Of a stretch of 64,000 nucleotides of DNA, positions 27,181 to 41,464 are shown one piece after another; positions within the stretch are counted from its first letter, which is position 1; each line of letters starts with the position of its first letter. This stretch comes from Tubulanus polymorphus. Lineage: Eukaryota > Animalia > Nemertea. The DNA is taken from contig NC_134030.1 in the NCBI RefSeq assembly GCF_964204645.1, forward strand, positions 8,831,222 through 8,895,221, read 5' to 3'. The notes beneath the pieces were generated by a model. That model did no database searches. It was given only the letters and a program-made list of their open reading frames with translations, and was not told the origin of the DNA. Both the position numbers and the translations under genes were made by a program.

Positions 27181-30100
27181 ATGCCCTCCAAGGTTCACTT
27201 CGAAAAACTGGCCCAGCACGACGATTCAAGTGATCAAACCGCCACCTGTCCAGAACGAATCTCAATCTCATCAGATGACGATGAAGATGAAATTTACATC
27301 CGCGATAACAACCACGATCCGTCGCTGTCGCGTCCGCTGATGTATCCGCGCAAACCGAGAACGAAGGTCAAAGTGCACAACGCCGCCACCTTCAGGCGCG
27401 TCATCAAACCGATCTTGTTCACGATCGCAGCGTTGGCGTTTTCGATCGCGTTGATAATCGTCGTGAAGTACATCGTGAAATCGTTCCGTAAACATTTACA
27501 AGTACAACAGGCATTTCTAGCAGCTAATTCCATTCCTTCAAATGCACAGCAACTTATAGGATGCAGTAATATACAAGTAACCGATGTTTGGATTCGCGGC
27601 ATTCCAAAATTCATCACTGAATCGGCCATTCGCAATGTAGATATCAACGGCGATGGTGTTTTGGATCACCTAGTCGCATTTGGAACCGGTAGGTTGAACA
27701 GGCGGCCATTCATGTAATACTGCTTATGTGCCCCATATTGGCAGGGGTGAAAAATAACCCACTTTTCCCAATTTTTTGCCTTAAGAAGGGCATCAACTTT
27801 CGCGTCGTCATTTTGATGTACCTGGATTCATCATCGTTGTCTCATAAATGGGTGGCGATGGAAGCGGCTCATTGCGATTAACCAGATGATTCCATCACCC
27901 TCTATCGAGGTAGTCAGTAACCTGTCACATTCGAATAAAAAAATTCTTTATTCACTTATTTTCACAAACCACAATAGTTGGTACCGGTATCCGATTATAA
28001 AAGCTTACCACCAACATGTTTGGTAACTAACTAATGTTGAGGCAGATCTTTCAGTGAAAGCTATTCAGCCCATTGCCTTTTGGGCTATTCTGCTCTCTGG
28101 CGGTGAGGCTCATCATAAAGATTTTCTGGATTTTAGGTGCAGTGAATGAAGATGCGAATCCGTTAGTTTGTAATATATATTTTGATGGAAGTTTCCCGTG
28201 TTTCGGGGGAATCCTAGCTCTGAACGGTATCACCGGTGAGGAATTGTGGAGATACTACAGCCGTGAAGAACTGTTCGGATTGAATTGCAACATCGATTTC
28301 AACCGCGATGGTGTTTTTGATTGTTTGGGCGGAGGACGTGCCGGTGTAAGTGTGCGATGAAACCGGATTCAGTTCCATAGTTCTGAGTTCCAGTTTAACC
28401 TGAGGGTTAGACCTAAGGCTAAACTAAAATGATGCCCTGTTTCTCTGCAGCGGCTGGGTCATTTTTGTAAAATATGATGAAATTTGTAATCAGTTCATTT
28501 CTATAGCTGCCGGTTATGGTAAAATTCATCACGATTTAAAAAAAGTAATTATGTACAGGGTAGATAGGCGGCCGGCCGGGTCAATTTTTCAGCTCAGCAA
28601 AGCGGAGAAACAAAGGTATCAATTTTTTAGCCGAAGCAATTGAAAAATTGAACCAATTCTTACTATGGACTTAAGCTTTGGAACAGGGACACAGGGTACT
28701 AACTTGAACTGTGATTCATTTCTCACCCATCATCAAATGACATTAGAATGACATTTCTTCAACCTGATTTTTCAGGCATTCAGTCTAGTCAGTGGTAGAG
28801 ATGGCAAAGAAATTTGGACATTCGATGCGGAGAAAGCACGTCGTAGATTCGGTATTATGAATCTGTACACCGCTCAGGCAATCAAAGATTACAACGGCGA
28901 TGGGATACCTGAGGTTTTGGCTATACACGGAGGAGACCCTCTACGAGAACCTGGTAAAGAATATACTTTTAATACTTTATCTAATAATGGTATTTATTTA
29001 ATATGATATATGTATTAAATAATGTAATCTGATAATTGGCATTTTAGCTCACTTGGGATGAAGCCCCAGCAGGCAACTACATTCACTTTCTATCCCCTGA
29101 AATATGGTCTTGATATTTGGTTTATGTATACATCTACCCTAGATGCATCTGTAGCCCAAAAATTGACCCCATCGGAACCAAGATGGGTGACTCGTGGCCA
29201 TTATTGTTCGGCCAAATCAGCACTTATGTATTGTAAACCTGTTAGTTTCAATGGGAAATTGTAAAGAAGCCTTGAGGTTTGGTTCATAAGGCCTAACATC
29301 ACAGGAAAAATTAGGTCCATCGGAAACAAGATGGGCATTTAATTTAGGTCTGCATTCTCAGGCCTCTACCTCTTTATGGCTTATCATATTAATTACAATG
29401 TACATTGAAATTCTAGTTTATCGTATAAGACAGGTTTTCAGTTATTTTTATTAAATCCCCCACGAGGTCAAATAACAGCAATAAGTTTCTCTCCAAATTG
29501 ATTTGGCTCTATAGGCCCCTATAGACTTATAGACTTTATTGTTTTACAGGTAGTAAATTACGATTGGCCGGTCGTCTGATTATATTCAGCGGAGCTGACG
29601 GTGAGGTATTGCGGGCGGTGACCGTACCGGACAGACGCGAATCATACTATTCGCCTCAGATTCATACGTTATTAGACGGTACGCAGGTCGTACTGTTCGG
29701 CACGGGCGGTGAGACGCATCCCGGCTCATTTTGGTACATCGGCCTCGATGATCTCTACAGAGGAAATGTTGATAAGGTAAAATTGTAGATAATGATGGTT
29801 CAAGTAATGAACAGTGGGAATTGAAATTGTGTTTCAACTGGCGTGCCCAATTACTTATTCAGAATGTTTAGGGTACCTAGTACAGGTTGGCCACTAACCT
29901 CCTGGAAAGTCAGGGAATTTCTTTTCCTTAAAAAAGAAGGGGATTTTGTTTAAAAGAATAAAGCTAAAACTCAGCGAAAAGTCAGGCAAATTTGTTGAAA
30001 TTGCCAGATTACGTGTAAATTCAAACTGTTTTCATCTATGTCTTATATATTTGACTGTCTTAGTTGATTGGAATCTTAGCAGATCAAGTCAGGGGAAAAC

Positions 30101-33100
30101 AACATGCATGTCGGGGAAAAAGCAATTCAAACAAAAGTGGCCACCCTGTAGTAGTAATGTTGTATTTTGTTAACTGTTGTGCCATAGAGTACCTGCTTAC
30201 CGGTATATTCAACATGTTATCATTGTTTAGGCGCAGAAAGTATATTCGGATAAATTCAAAGGTGTGATGACTCCGCCGGTGTTGATCGATTTGAACGGAG
30301 ATTTCGTCGAAGATATCGTATTACCGATTTATAATTCTACGACTATCGCGTTCGATGGAAAAACGTTTGAACCGCTGTGGAAATACCACGTACCTTGGTC
30401 AGAGTCTTATAGGTAGGTTCAGTTAGTCAAATCCATGCATGATTTCATGGGCGAGGTATCGCTTACTTTATACCTCAGTGACTGATTGATTTTTGTTAGA
30501 ATTTTAAAAACCGGATCCAGAACATTTTGGAATTTACCTCAGTATCCCTCGATATTACTATGATAGTTAGCTTCTTGATTGTAACCTGAATACCGTAAGG
30601 TTGATATTGAATTCATACCCTTGAGTATGAAACTATCCCAGTTGTATGCAGCTAGTTAAGATAAGTTCACTTTCGAAGACCAGATTTTTTAGTTTTAGAC
30701 ACTGGATCTGGAACTGCGGCGATTTAGACCTAATTCAGATATTGATTAAAATATCTGATACAGAATGATTCAATATTTTCCAGTACTCCAGCAGTTGGTT
30801 ATTTTAATGACGATGCTGTCCCTGATTTCATGGTTCATTGGCAAATAGGACCAGGGTATCCAATATACTATCACTCCATCGTAAGTACAGGCATCGCATC
30901 AGGAGAAAGAAAACATTCACAGAAATTTACCTAATCTGTATGAAAAATGTGACGATTATTTATTTCAAGCTTGTAATTTTTTTTATTACAAAAATTGTTC
31001 TTCAAGGTAAAGTAGTTTAATCTAGGTCCTTGAAGCAATTTTAATTTTGCTTTGATTTTCACCTTAACATTCACTGGTTAGGTGTCGGTATATTAGATGA
31101 CACTCCTACAAATATAAATGATGGTGTTGGTATATCAAATAAACTCTTGGAGGTTTGGAGCAAATCTTTAAAATCTTATGCTATTACTGGTTTCTATTTC
31201 ATTTCTGAAATGCTTTTAAACCTTTTATCTTTTAGTACTCAAGTTTGTTATCCTTTTAATCAACTAATTTTAAAGTGTGGATCATTGGTTATTGCTGTCA
31301 AAAATGATTGAAAAAAAATAATGAAAAAATCAATCAATCAAAAAGTTACTAAAATTAGAACTAGAATACTAAAGCTGTAGTACATTACTCACTTCTGGTG
31401 AGGATTTCTTCTTATGGAAATTATATACTGCTATTGAAAAAACTCCCATCCAGACGATACTGCATATCACTTTCAGACAACTATTTTGGATGGAAAAACT
31501 GGTAAACCATTGATAGACCCAATTCGTGATTCCGTCGGAGCGCAGGCATCGCCCTTGACTGTAAGCGTTGAAGGTCATGGCAATGACATATTTCTTTATT
31601 GGATAGCTGATTGCCAAGGTCACGAGCGAGAAGGAGGAGAATTTACATTCATCAACGGTATGTTTGAAATCGAAGTGAACTGATCGATACGACTTATGAA
31701 ATCGTAATTGTTTAGTGAATCATTTCGTATTTCAGGCACTAACATTCACGAACAAAGTCGATCAGATTTCTGTCGACTTCGTTTTAAATCGTCCGGGTTT
31801 AGTAAAATGTATGCAATCAGTAAAAATGTTAAATCACCCGGAGTGAAAGTTTACTATTCAGGTAAATTATTAAGACTGGTTTTACTCACTATGTGCCCAA
31901 TGAAATTTTTAAGTCCTAAAACTGATTTTGGATATGAATATTTACTGAACCCAATTCGGGTAATTGAATGAATACTATATTCCAGTTGAACGTAAAGACA
32001 TTGAGAAGGCAAGTTGGGTTAATACGACGAAACAAGGATTAGACTTTGTGGAGAAACATCCGGAACATTTACGACGCTACCTCAAATTTGCAAAACTTTC
32101 TAAAATCGATATGATGAATAAACCAATCAATAAGTTAGAGGTTCGTACTGTCTTCCTCATGTTAAGAGTTATTCAATAATCAAGAAAAAGGCAAAAAAAT
32201 TGACACCTTGTTGCTGGATTGTTAAGTAAACTGCAATAAGATCTGTAATCAGTTTGTTTCCATAATGGCTGGATCTGTTATGGTTAGCTTGCTCAGGTCA
32301 TGGTTTAAAAAAAGTAATGTACAGGGTAGATATAGGCGGCTGGTCGGGTCAACTTTTAAGCTCAGCAGAAATGAGTCTCTTTAGCCTAAGTGATACATTT
32401 TATGTCTATGGCAAATTGAATAAAAGTATGTAATATATTGTATTTTAGAGAGTTGATTACGGCCATGATGATGAGGCTGACCTGGCAGACGACTTCAGTG
32501 AGGAAGATGCAAATTATCTGAATGAACTGTTGAAGAAGTACGGCGCAGACGATGAAGACAACGACCTGGAAAACATTGCGCCGCCGAGACATGAGCCGAG
32601 TTTGAATCGTCACCGGCCGTATCCGCATCAATCGAACATCGGTCGTATTTCCGATCATGACGGGATTCCCGGACGACGGAAAATCGATTACCGACGACGA
32701 AGGCCTAGTTACAGACGTCGACGGTCAACTCACAGCGGGCGACAAGGATCACGAGCAAACGATTTTCGCAAAACGACAAAAATTGAGGATTATCTGAAAA
32801 ATGCGCGTGGCAACGAGTTGAAATCCGAGGCCGAACGCGTCGATATGAACGACATGATGAGGGATGAGAATATACGAGCCAAAATTGAAAATCATCTAAA
32901 TCGGGATCGTGACGCGTTGGCGAAAAAGTTAAGAAAGAAACGCCACCTAGGTCCCCACGATGATGCAGGATTACAGCGACTTTTATCCACCGGTAATTCA
33001 TTCATCAACGTGTATCTTGTTTACTGCTGGGGTGAAAAGTTTATGAACTGCAAAAAATTCGATAATTATCTCAGATTCATCTCTAACGCAATATTGATTT

Positions 33101-36100
33101 TGCATTCTTGTTTTCTTGTTTCAATGTATAGGTACACTTGCGCCGAGTTTGTTACAGGCCAACCATCCCGACTTCAATCATTCCATCGATCTCGTGTTCG
33201 CCACGTATTGGTTTTTTCCGGCGAAGACGCAAACGTTACTTCCCGCCGATCAAAAATGCATCGACGATTTCATGGCTCAAGAAATGCGACGCTTTAATCC
33301 AAAAAGTAAGGAGATTTAACTTCTAAAAAAGAAATCGTGGCCCAGGAAAACTCAAAGTGCATTCAATTATCTATTTGAAGGTAAATATTTTCACATGGAT
33401 AGAGATGCGTATAACCACGCCGCCGAACACGAGTGCCTCGAGAAATCTGGCAATAAAGTCGACGATAAACACGGAACGTATCAAAGTCAAACTAGTTACA
33501 ATCCTTATAACTTACTGATGGGACAAATGACTGTGTATAGGTAAGCTATTTCACAATTTTTCCTATATCAATGTTGTGCATGCACCGACGCTTCTTTGCC
33601 CGCCCTAAATGTACGGTTGCCCTCCCAATTCTTCGAAACTGGGATTATTACAAGAATATTATTTGCCAGATAATAAATTGTGGCAGATGACTGCACATTA
33701 TTTCAGTATCTATAATATAAGCTAACTGCAAAACTATGTCATGGGTTGGCGCAGTCTGTGGCGCTATGCGTTAAACAAGTTTTATGGTACCAATTGAAAG
33801 ATAACGGCTGTATGTATGTTTTAGTATTGCATCGATTTTGTGTTGTTGCGATAAAGTTTAGACGCTCTGCGTGACATCACGCACGCGCTGTTCTTCGAAT
33901 ATCAACTTTGTAACTGCTATCAGGGTCTTCTTTTGATTAACAGTTAAATACAAAAACAGCATATGTACTTTAAACGTTCTCCCTCCACGGATTCTTGGCT
34001 AGTTGACAATATTTCCGTAATCGGGAACTTATAAGATTTTGGCACAAAACTGTGAGTGACTGATAGACATAGCTCCTAGCTTCAAACACTGATTACAGGT
34101 ATATTAAAATCCTTTTGTTCCCACTCTTATGTATTTGACCACAAATATAGGATTATGTGAACATGAAACCCATTATCCTTCAAACTTAAAAGGTGACAAA
34201 CTAATCTACTTGAGGAGTAAAATCTAGACGTCACAACACCAGGCGTAATGAACGTTCTTTGATTTTAATCTGTGATGAATTTAGTTTTTAAACATTTGAA
34301 TTGTAGAATAGTCGGTTTTGTACATGTAAACATGTATGTTTGAAGTAATTAAACTTGGCTGAACAAAAGAATTATCGGAATTACCACCACGTATGAATTT
34401 AATCATCGCCTTAAGCCAGGAGAAAGTGCATCATCACGCAAATTGACATTTTCTCCCGTCAGATACGCAATATCCATATATGTATATCGTAACTAAGCAA
34501 CGGTGACCTACTGTTCACTTAAAACTTACCGGGTATTCTATTAGCGTATTAACGGTTTTGGCCTGAAGTTTAATGCTTGTTGAAAAGTTACTGATTGCGG
34601 GGTTCAGTCCTTGAAAGTTTTGAAATACGAATTGGGTCAATTCAAGGCCTCAAGTATCATGGAATGTGCTGTAAAATCGTTAAATCATTGTGATTGTCCT
34701 TGAATGGCATCAGTCATTAGTTCTCATCTGCAGATCCGAGATACAAGTTCACTGTTTAAGCTCTTAAAATCTACTGATTAGATAAGAATGCCTGGAAAAT
34801 GTAGATTTCAGGATTCATGGCTTAAGCATGACGATTATATATAAGGCCTGGAATCAGAGTCAAAAAAGTCCTTGAAAGTCATTAGGCCTAAATGAGATAG
34901 GTCATGGACACTATGAACCCTGCAATTGTGAATTGTGAAATGGATAACAGTCGAAGCAAACAGTGAAAGATACTGATATTCATTTCATTTTCGATCTTTT
35001 CATACACAATTTCGGGTGGTCGAAGCTTAAATCTGGAAATCAGGAAAAGTCTGGGAATTTTCTCTTCTTTAAGAAAGGCAAGGAATAAAACTTAAAACCG
35101 GGGTTAGCCAGGGAAATAAAATCAAACAGTTTCCATCTATGTCTTACGTATTTGACTGTGTTAATTGATTGAATTCTTAGCAGATCAAGTTTAAGGGAAA
35201 ATAACGTGCATATCAGGGAATAGTGGAAGCTTGTCAAATAAAAGTGGCCACTCTGAATAGATTCTCTTTGTTGTACCGAATAAGTCTTCACTGAGGATCG
35301 AATTGAAAATGAACATTTGGAAATTATCGCGTAGTAAGCTATCTATAAGACCTAATACGCGCTGGTAAATTAGATTTAGTCAAACAGCTTTATGTTTGGC
35401 GTCATTTGTTCGGTGGGAATTGTGTAAGCCTAATTTAATTCGACGCGATCTAGTAAACTAGTTCTATATCAGAAGACACGTAGTCGCGGAGTTAGCCAGA
35501 AGAATCTCCGCGAATAACGGAATAATAAGCTTAAATCGCGTTAAACCCCGTCGACGGACGAGAACCGATTATTGTATAATAACCATTCATTGAAATGACG
35601 TCAATCTCTATTGATCAACACTTCGTCATATATCGATGGATGTTACCGTTGTCTGCTGTGACCAGGTGCGTCTTGACTCGTATATGTGTGTGTAGCGCGC
35701 TTAGCGATTCGGATGACAATCGGAGAATGTAATGGTTGAAAAATCAAGGGCGAATCCACATGGAGCTGACACCAAAAAACATTAAAGTCATCGGGTCTCG
35801 GGTTTTATAGACATGGTATTAGATTTTACCAGGGGGGGGTTAACTTAATTCATTTTCAATTAAGTTAACCCCTGGGTTAAAGATAATACTAGTCTATAAA
35901 ACTTTCACCAAGTCCGGAGAGTGGCCAGTTCTCACTGTATACCGCGTGTACTAAGAGCGATACACCACTGACTCTAAGGTTCTCAGTGAAATAAAACTGG
36001 GCCCCCTTGGGTTATTAGTGTCGAAATTAGCATCCCAACGACAGCCTCTGTGTATGATTGTGGCCTGTGCAGGCGTGCATTCAAGATCGTGTTGCCTTGT

Positions 36101-37578
36101 AACTCGAAAAAGGAAATTTCTGTCTTGTTTCAGGATGGGAATGATGCTTATTTGTTAAAATGAATTGCAGTTTATTTTCTTGATTGCTCGTAGTATGGAT
36201 TTTTTCAAGAAAAAAAAATGGGAGGGCGAAGGGAAAAAAATGAAAAATGAAAAGAACTCTTTTGTTATAAAGCGCTTTTCAGGTCAAGGGAATGGGAGAA
36301 AAAATAAATCTAGAAATTTCTTATCATTTGAGTATTTTCCGCGTAAAATTTTGGAAGAACTGCAAAATAGAAATAAACGAAAGAGTGGATGAGGTGCTGA
36401 ATTAATTATGCGAATGATGGAAAAAAGTGAAGGAAATAAACTTTTTGCCCATTACTGGATGGAAAACTAAGAGACGGAAATTGAAAAAATTGTGATGAAA
36501 TTTGCAATGAAAACACGACGAAGGACTGAAAAATGAAAAAAAAAAATCAATTTGTTGATTTTTGTGCAGTTACAGGAGGCGAATCTGTATGTCGCGTAAT
36601 CAAAAACTTGTCCTTGTGTTGGTGCTATCATAAAATTTGTATTCAATAAGGGTTTAACAAGTTTCGAGGAACCGTTAGCAATGCAGGTTTAGTATTTCAC
36701 TAATGAATAAGGTAAACTGGGATACCTTTTGGGATTTGAATTTGTCGACAATGTTAAGAGTGTGCGTTATACCATCGTTTCATTAATTCAAATGCCATCT
36801 TGACAGTTGACGGTAAATATCCAGCAGATCCTTAATTAATCCCAGAGAATAGGTGCTTTGGGTTTTGCATATGATTACTGGAGTGGCATTGCGCAATTTC
36901 TTGGATCGGTCTGAATGCAGTACAGAACTGACTTTGATATCTGATCTGATTATCTGAGAATAAACAAGCCAAGTTATCAACTCTGTTGACTTTCATCCCA
37001 TTTCATGTATATGTTTATGCTTTTATTGTCATCAGAAAGTTTTCCTTGCATATGTCAATGTTTTCTGTATTGGGGAGGCCACAGACATACAGTCCCAGAA
37101 GGGTTTGTCTAACCACATAAAAGGCATATCGTACTCGGTAATTTTCATTGGCAATTACAGGTAAGTACTGTTGACCTGAGTTGTTGACGTGAGTGCTAGG
37201 CAGAGGTCAGATAAGAATCTCATCTGCTTCTATTAGGAGTAGCAAGAAATTGAAATTTCATTGCACGGCCCTACCCCATGCACCCCTTGGCACTCTCCCT
37301 GTTCATCTCTGATGTAACTCGGAAATTGTCAGTTCGTGCTTCCAGTGGACCGTTCTGTTTTTCTCGTAATTTAATACTGATCGAATTGAATAATAGTTTT
37401 GTTTGTCGTTTTCGTTTCCAGAATGCGTATTACATGTAACTGTAAAGGAGACGAACGTATGAAATCACCAGGAGCACGGTGTAGCCGTGTACTGCCGTAT
37501 AAACAACAAGAATGGGCTGGATATATGGGCACGTATGGAGACAGTCACTGGAATCCGAGGTCTAAAACATCGTCGTAA
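27181..37578 (+). CDS. FAM234B/KIAA1467-like type II membrane protein with FG-GAP beta-propeller, ~965 aa
   Basis: Exons 27181-27688, 28137-28345, 28776-28953, 29550-29776, 30231-30412, 30784-30880, 31477-31657, 31736-31861, 31986-32140, 32449-32992, 33132-33305, 33381-33540, 37422-37578 (sum 2898 nt, in frame). One TM (ILFTIAALAFSIALIIVV), Ca-loop repeats DINGDGVLD, DFNRDGVFD, DYNGDGIPE, DLNGDFVED, plus FGTGGETH and C-terminal QEWAGYMG. Confidence 0.85.
28500..28625. repeat. Dispersed repeat (copies at ~32268-32370 and ~38757-38885)
   Basis: Shared GGTTA...TACAGGGT(T/A)..TAGGCGGC..GTCAA.TTTT..GC.CAGCA motif. Confidence 0.7.
34598..34922 (+). mobile_element. Internally deleted DNA transposon with a short transposase-like N-terminal remnant
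   Basis: Ends CGGGGTTCA / TGAACCCTG with subterminal GTCCTTGAA motifs. 34788-34844 encodes MPGKCRFQDSWLKHDDYI*, which resembles from memory the N-termini of hAT-type transposases. Confidence 0.5.
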
Positions 37579-39003
37579 CAACTGAATTCTGGTTCTGTGA
37601 AATGATTTATGTAATGATATGAATCCTTATGAGTGGATGATTTGCATCTTAAGATGGAATACAGTAGTGGGCTAGGGCCTACTATAATACATAATAATGA
37701 AACCATGTCAAAATGCACTGAGTGATGAAATATTTATAGTGCAATGCTAATGTATATATTCAGGTTTGTAATGCGAGTAATATGCAGGTGGGTTCTTTCT
37801 TAATTTGATTGGCACTGGCCAATTTCCAGAAAAAAAATTTAATGTTTTTGCTCATATATGGCCTGTGAGCGATTTCCACTGATATGACGAAAGCCTAAAT
37901 GAATGAATGAGCAAATTTGATATACAAGTATTATGTTGTAATAGTTGTAAGCGTAGATTAACTTAAATTAAAAACAAGCGGAACTGAATTCTTTGTGAGC
38001 CCCCCCCATCCCCCTACAGGCTTAATATTTTAAACTGAAAAATCTTTGCAGGGGTGGACTCATGGGAACTTCTTTTGGAATCTCAGAATTTTTAGTGCCC
38101 ATTTGTTTGAAAATACTTCTTTTTCAAAATCGCCACAATTGAGTCGAAAACAGAAATCTAGAAAAAGCAATTTATGTCTTAACCAATGAAAAAAATGATG
38201 GAAATTCTGGAAATGTGTTAAAAGGGTGCTGCCAGAAAGCTCTTTTTTTATTAATTTGCCCTGAAAATATTTCAAAGACCCTCCACTCTTTGACCCCTGG
38301 TCTATCCCTGTTTTTGAAAGTATGGTTGTTCGCATGAGGTGATGTAATTCCAGCTTAGACCGTTCAGCCATAATTTTGAAAACACATCAAATAATCTTCT
38401 CAATAAATGTGAACAGTATTAATCTTTTTGTTTTCCTCATCTGAAAATTAATGTCTAAAAAAGACTGGTCCTGGATTATATTTACTATATGGGAGTCCTC
38501 GAATCACAGGTTTTGTAGAAACTGTTGTCAGTGCGATGACTAATCATGTACTATGTTTTAAAGTATATTATCAAGACGAAGTATTGCGCATTTAGCATAA
38601 TATGTTTTTTTGTGTCCATACCATATCAATTCAATCGTAAAACGTCAAACGATTTTGTATTTTGTATTGTATTGTAAAAATGGTACCTTGTTTCTCCTAA
38701 TCGGCCAGGTCATTTTGTGAACTGCAATAAAATCTATAATCTGTTGATTTCTCAGTAGCTGCCGGATCTGTTACGGTTAGCTTGATCATGATTTAAAGTA
38801 TTTTAAGATTTAAAGTATTTTACAGGGTAGGTAGGCGGCCAGCCAGGTCAACTTTTAGGCCTAGCAGAAAGGAGAAACGAGGTATAATTCTTTTTTTAGC
38901 AATTTTTTTTTTGCAATATGATATCATTCATTATGTCGAGAAGAGCAGAGAGAAGCACATGGGGCATATCAATCAAACTTTTTCCTAAATGAACTACTGC
39001 TAT

Positions 39004-39427
39004 AGCTGCGTTCACACTAGATTCGGCGTTTACGAAGTACCGTACTTTGCTGGTGCCAAATTCACCAAAATACGGCGCTTACAAGGCCAGGTACGTTCAC
39101 ACTACAAGTCGGCAATTCAGCACTTAGTAAGCCCAGTATAGTAGTCGCCCGGTGTGCCAATAGAGGGGAGTGTAATTAGTGTTAAATGTTTTGTACTACG
39201 CGGATGTAAATACGCGGCTAGCTAAGCGCCGAATCTGCATCCACACTACAGAAAATACGCGGCCAGCTCCGTGCCGTACTGAGATCAGGTTTTCGGTGCA
39301 GAATCGCATTCTGCGCTTAATAAGCCGCGTATTTCAGTACGGAACTGAATAAGCCGCAAATAGGCCTTGAATAATTTCCTAGTGTGAACGCTTAGTACCA
39401 TACTGAAATCATAGTGTGAACGCAGCT
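39004..39427. mobile_element. MITE with GCTGCGTTCACACTA TIRs (PIF/Harbinger-like)
   Basis: AGCTGCGTTCACACTA ... TAGTGTGAACGCAGCT, with subterminal copies CGTTCACACTA (~39094) and TAGTGTGAACG (~39380). TSD not clean. Confidence 0.75.
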
Positions 39428-40194
39428 TGTAACTAGAATCTGATACTTCCTGGATGTTTGGTATCTCTTATTTTAAAACTTTATTAACCTAGCATGGCTT
39501 CGAGACTTTTTCACTCGCCACTACAGCTCCAGAGGTTTTTTGTTTCGCCTTGTATTGTGATGTCATTTCATGTCTTTATCTTAAAGCTATCTTCTTGTTG
39601 CTTATGCATAACTCAACTGTGTTTGTGAGCTGACGTTATAGCTGCAATTCATTTTCTTAGTACAATTTATAAAGCCATTTGATTTAGATTAGAATCAAGA
39701 ATAAACTAGATAATTGATTCATTAGAATCTCAAAATTTATAATGGGAATGATTGATTCTCGTGAAATACCGGTTCTTGGGAAGCCAAATACGATAAGTCC
39801 ATAGTTAGGACAATAGAGCCTATACTTGATCCGGTGAAATTCATCTGGTTAGGCTGATCCAAACATAATGCATTCATATGGGATGTCCAAGAGATGTGAG
39901 CTGTACTTCGTTCGAGCCCTTGTGTTCAAATTGTTGCATTTATTTCAGTGCTCCACAACGAAGAAAGTTTTTTGTATGAAAAGGCAATCGGTCATCGACC
40001 ATCAAGTCAGGGAAAGATGAAATTCTTCCATGGAAGGGTATGGTTGCATTACTAATGCGGTTTATGTAAATACGTGTAAAACAATTCCTCCAAGATTGCT
40101 TTTAGAGTTCAAGGTCACTATGTAAGGAGTTTTGGCAGAACATATAATATATATTCTAAGTAAAATAATAAGTCAATGGACGTTGTGTGCAATG

Positions 40195-40377
<183 letters not shown>

Positions 40378-41464
40378 ATATTGTGTAAGATATATGTACA
40401 TCTATATTTTTGTGGTGAATGTAAATATATATATTTATCTAATAATCGAAAAAAGGCTTTGTAAATCTCTGTTTTTAATGGTATGGGATTCAAAACCATT
40501 ATAGCATGTGGACTTTATAAGAGCCAGGGTGTGTGTCAATTGTTGTATATTTATAACAAAATTAAGATGTTTTAAAACTGTTCCATCCATCTTGAATTTG
40601 ATTCTTTTTGCCGATGGCAATTCGTAATTTTACGCCCCTTGCTCAATATCATGAATATAGCCTGGGTTTGATTTTATTCTCATTGTCTTGGTACCGTACG
40701 CACATGATCTCTCATCTAGAAAAAAAGAAACTGGTAAAAAATACCGCGTCCCATCTTATTGTTACATTATAGTTTCGAGAATTCTTCCAACTCTTATAAC
40801 GAATGAAACGATTTTCATAAACGCCCCTGACTTCTACATGAATGTTTAATGGTTTTCATAGAAAAATGCCACATCAGCCGAAAATTACATTACTGTCACG
40901 CACGTGTCGTGTGATACTTGGCGTCGTTTCTAGGATACGAGTACGTCATCAATCCCGGAAATCAGTACAACGCGGTAGCGCTATCTTCCAGCGATGATTT
41001 CATGATATAAAGGCGAATAATTCGATTGAATGATTTTAAAGTTTTTAACGTTACGAAAAAATAATCCTCGCTCGTAGTGGATTTTTAACATCATTTCATA
41101 AAGCATACGTTGGTAGGTCCCTAGACTGGCGATAAATTGTTGGCTAGAATTCATGATTGATGTATCACATGATCAGGTAATTTGTACTTTCAGCGTTAAT
41201 CTTTTAAGAAGACATACATTGCACCAGGCAGTAATGCGATATTTCATACCCTGGGAACTGGGTGCGTGTCCGGAGCTTATTAAATACCGCCACTCGGAAT
41301 TTACGTCATTGGCCGGGGTTTATTGATCTACCTACGTAAATCGGAACCTTCTAATAATCGATCGGATTTTATCGATCCCCCATTCAGCGTGTGTATTCTC
41401 CATCGGGAAAACATACTGAAAACCATCCGCTGATTAGTACAGCGTTAGCAGACGAAAATTCCAT

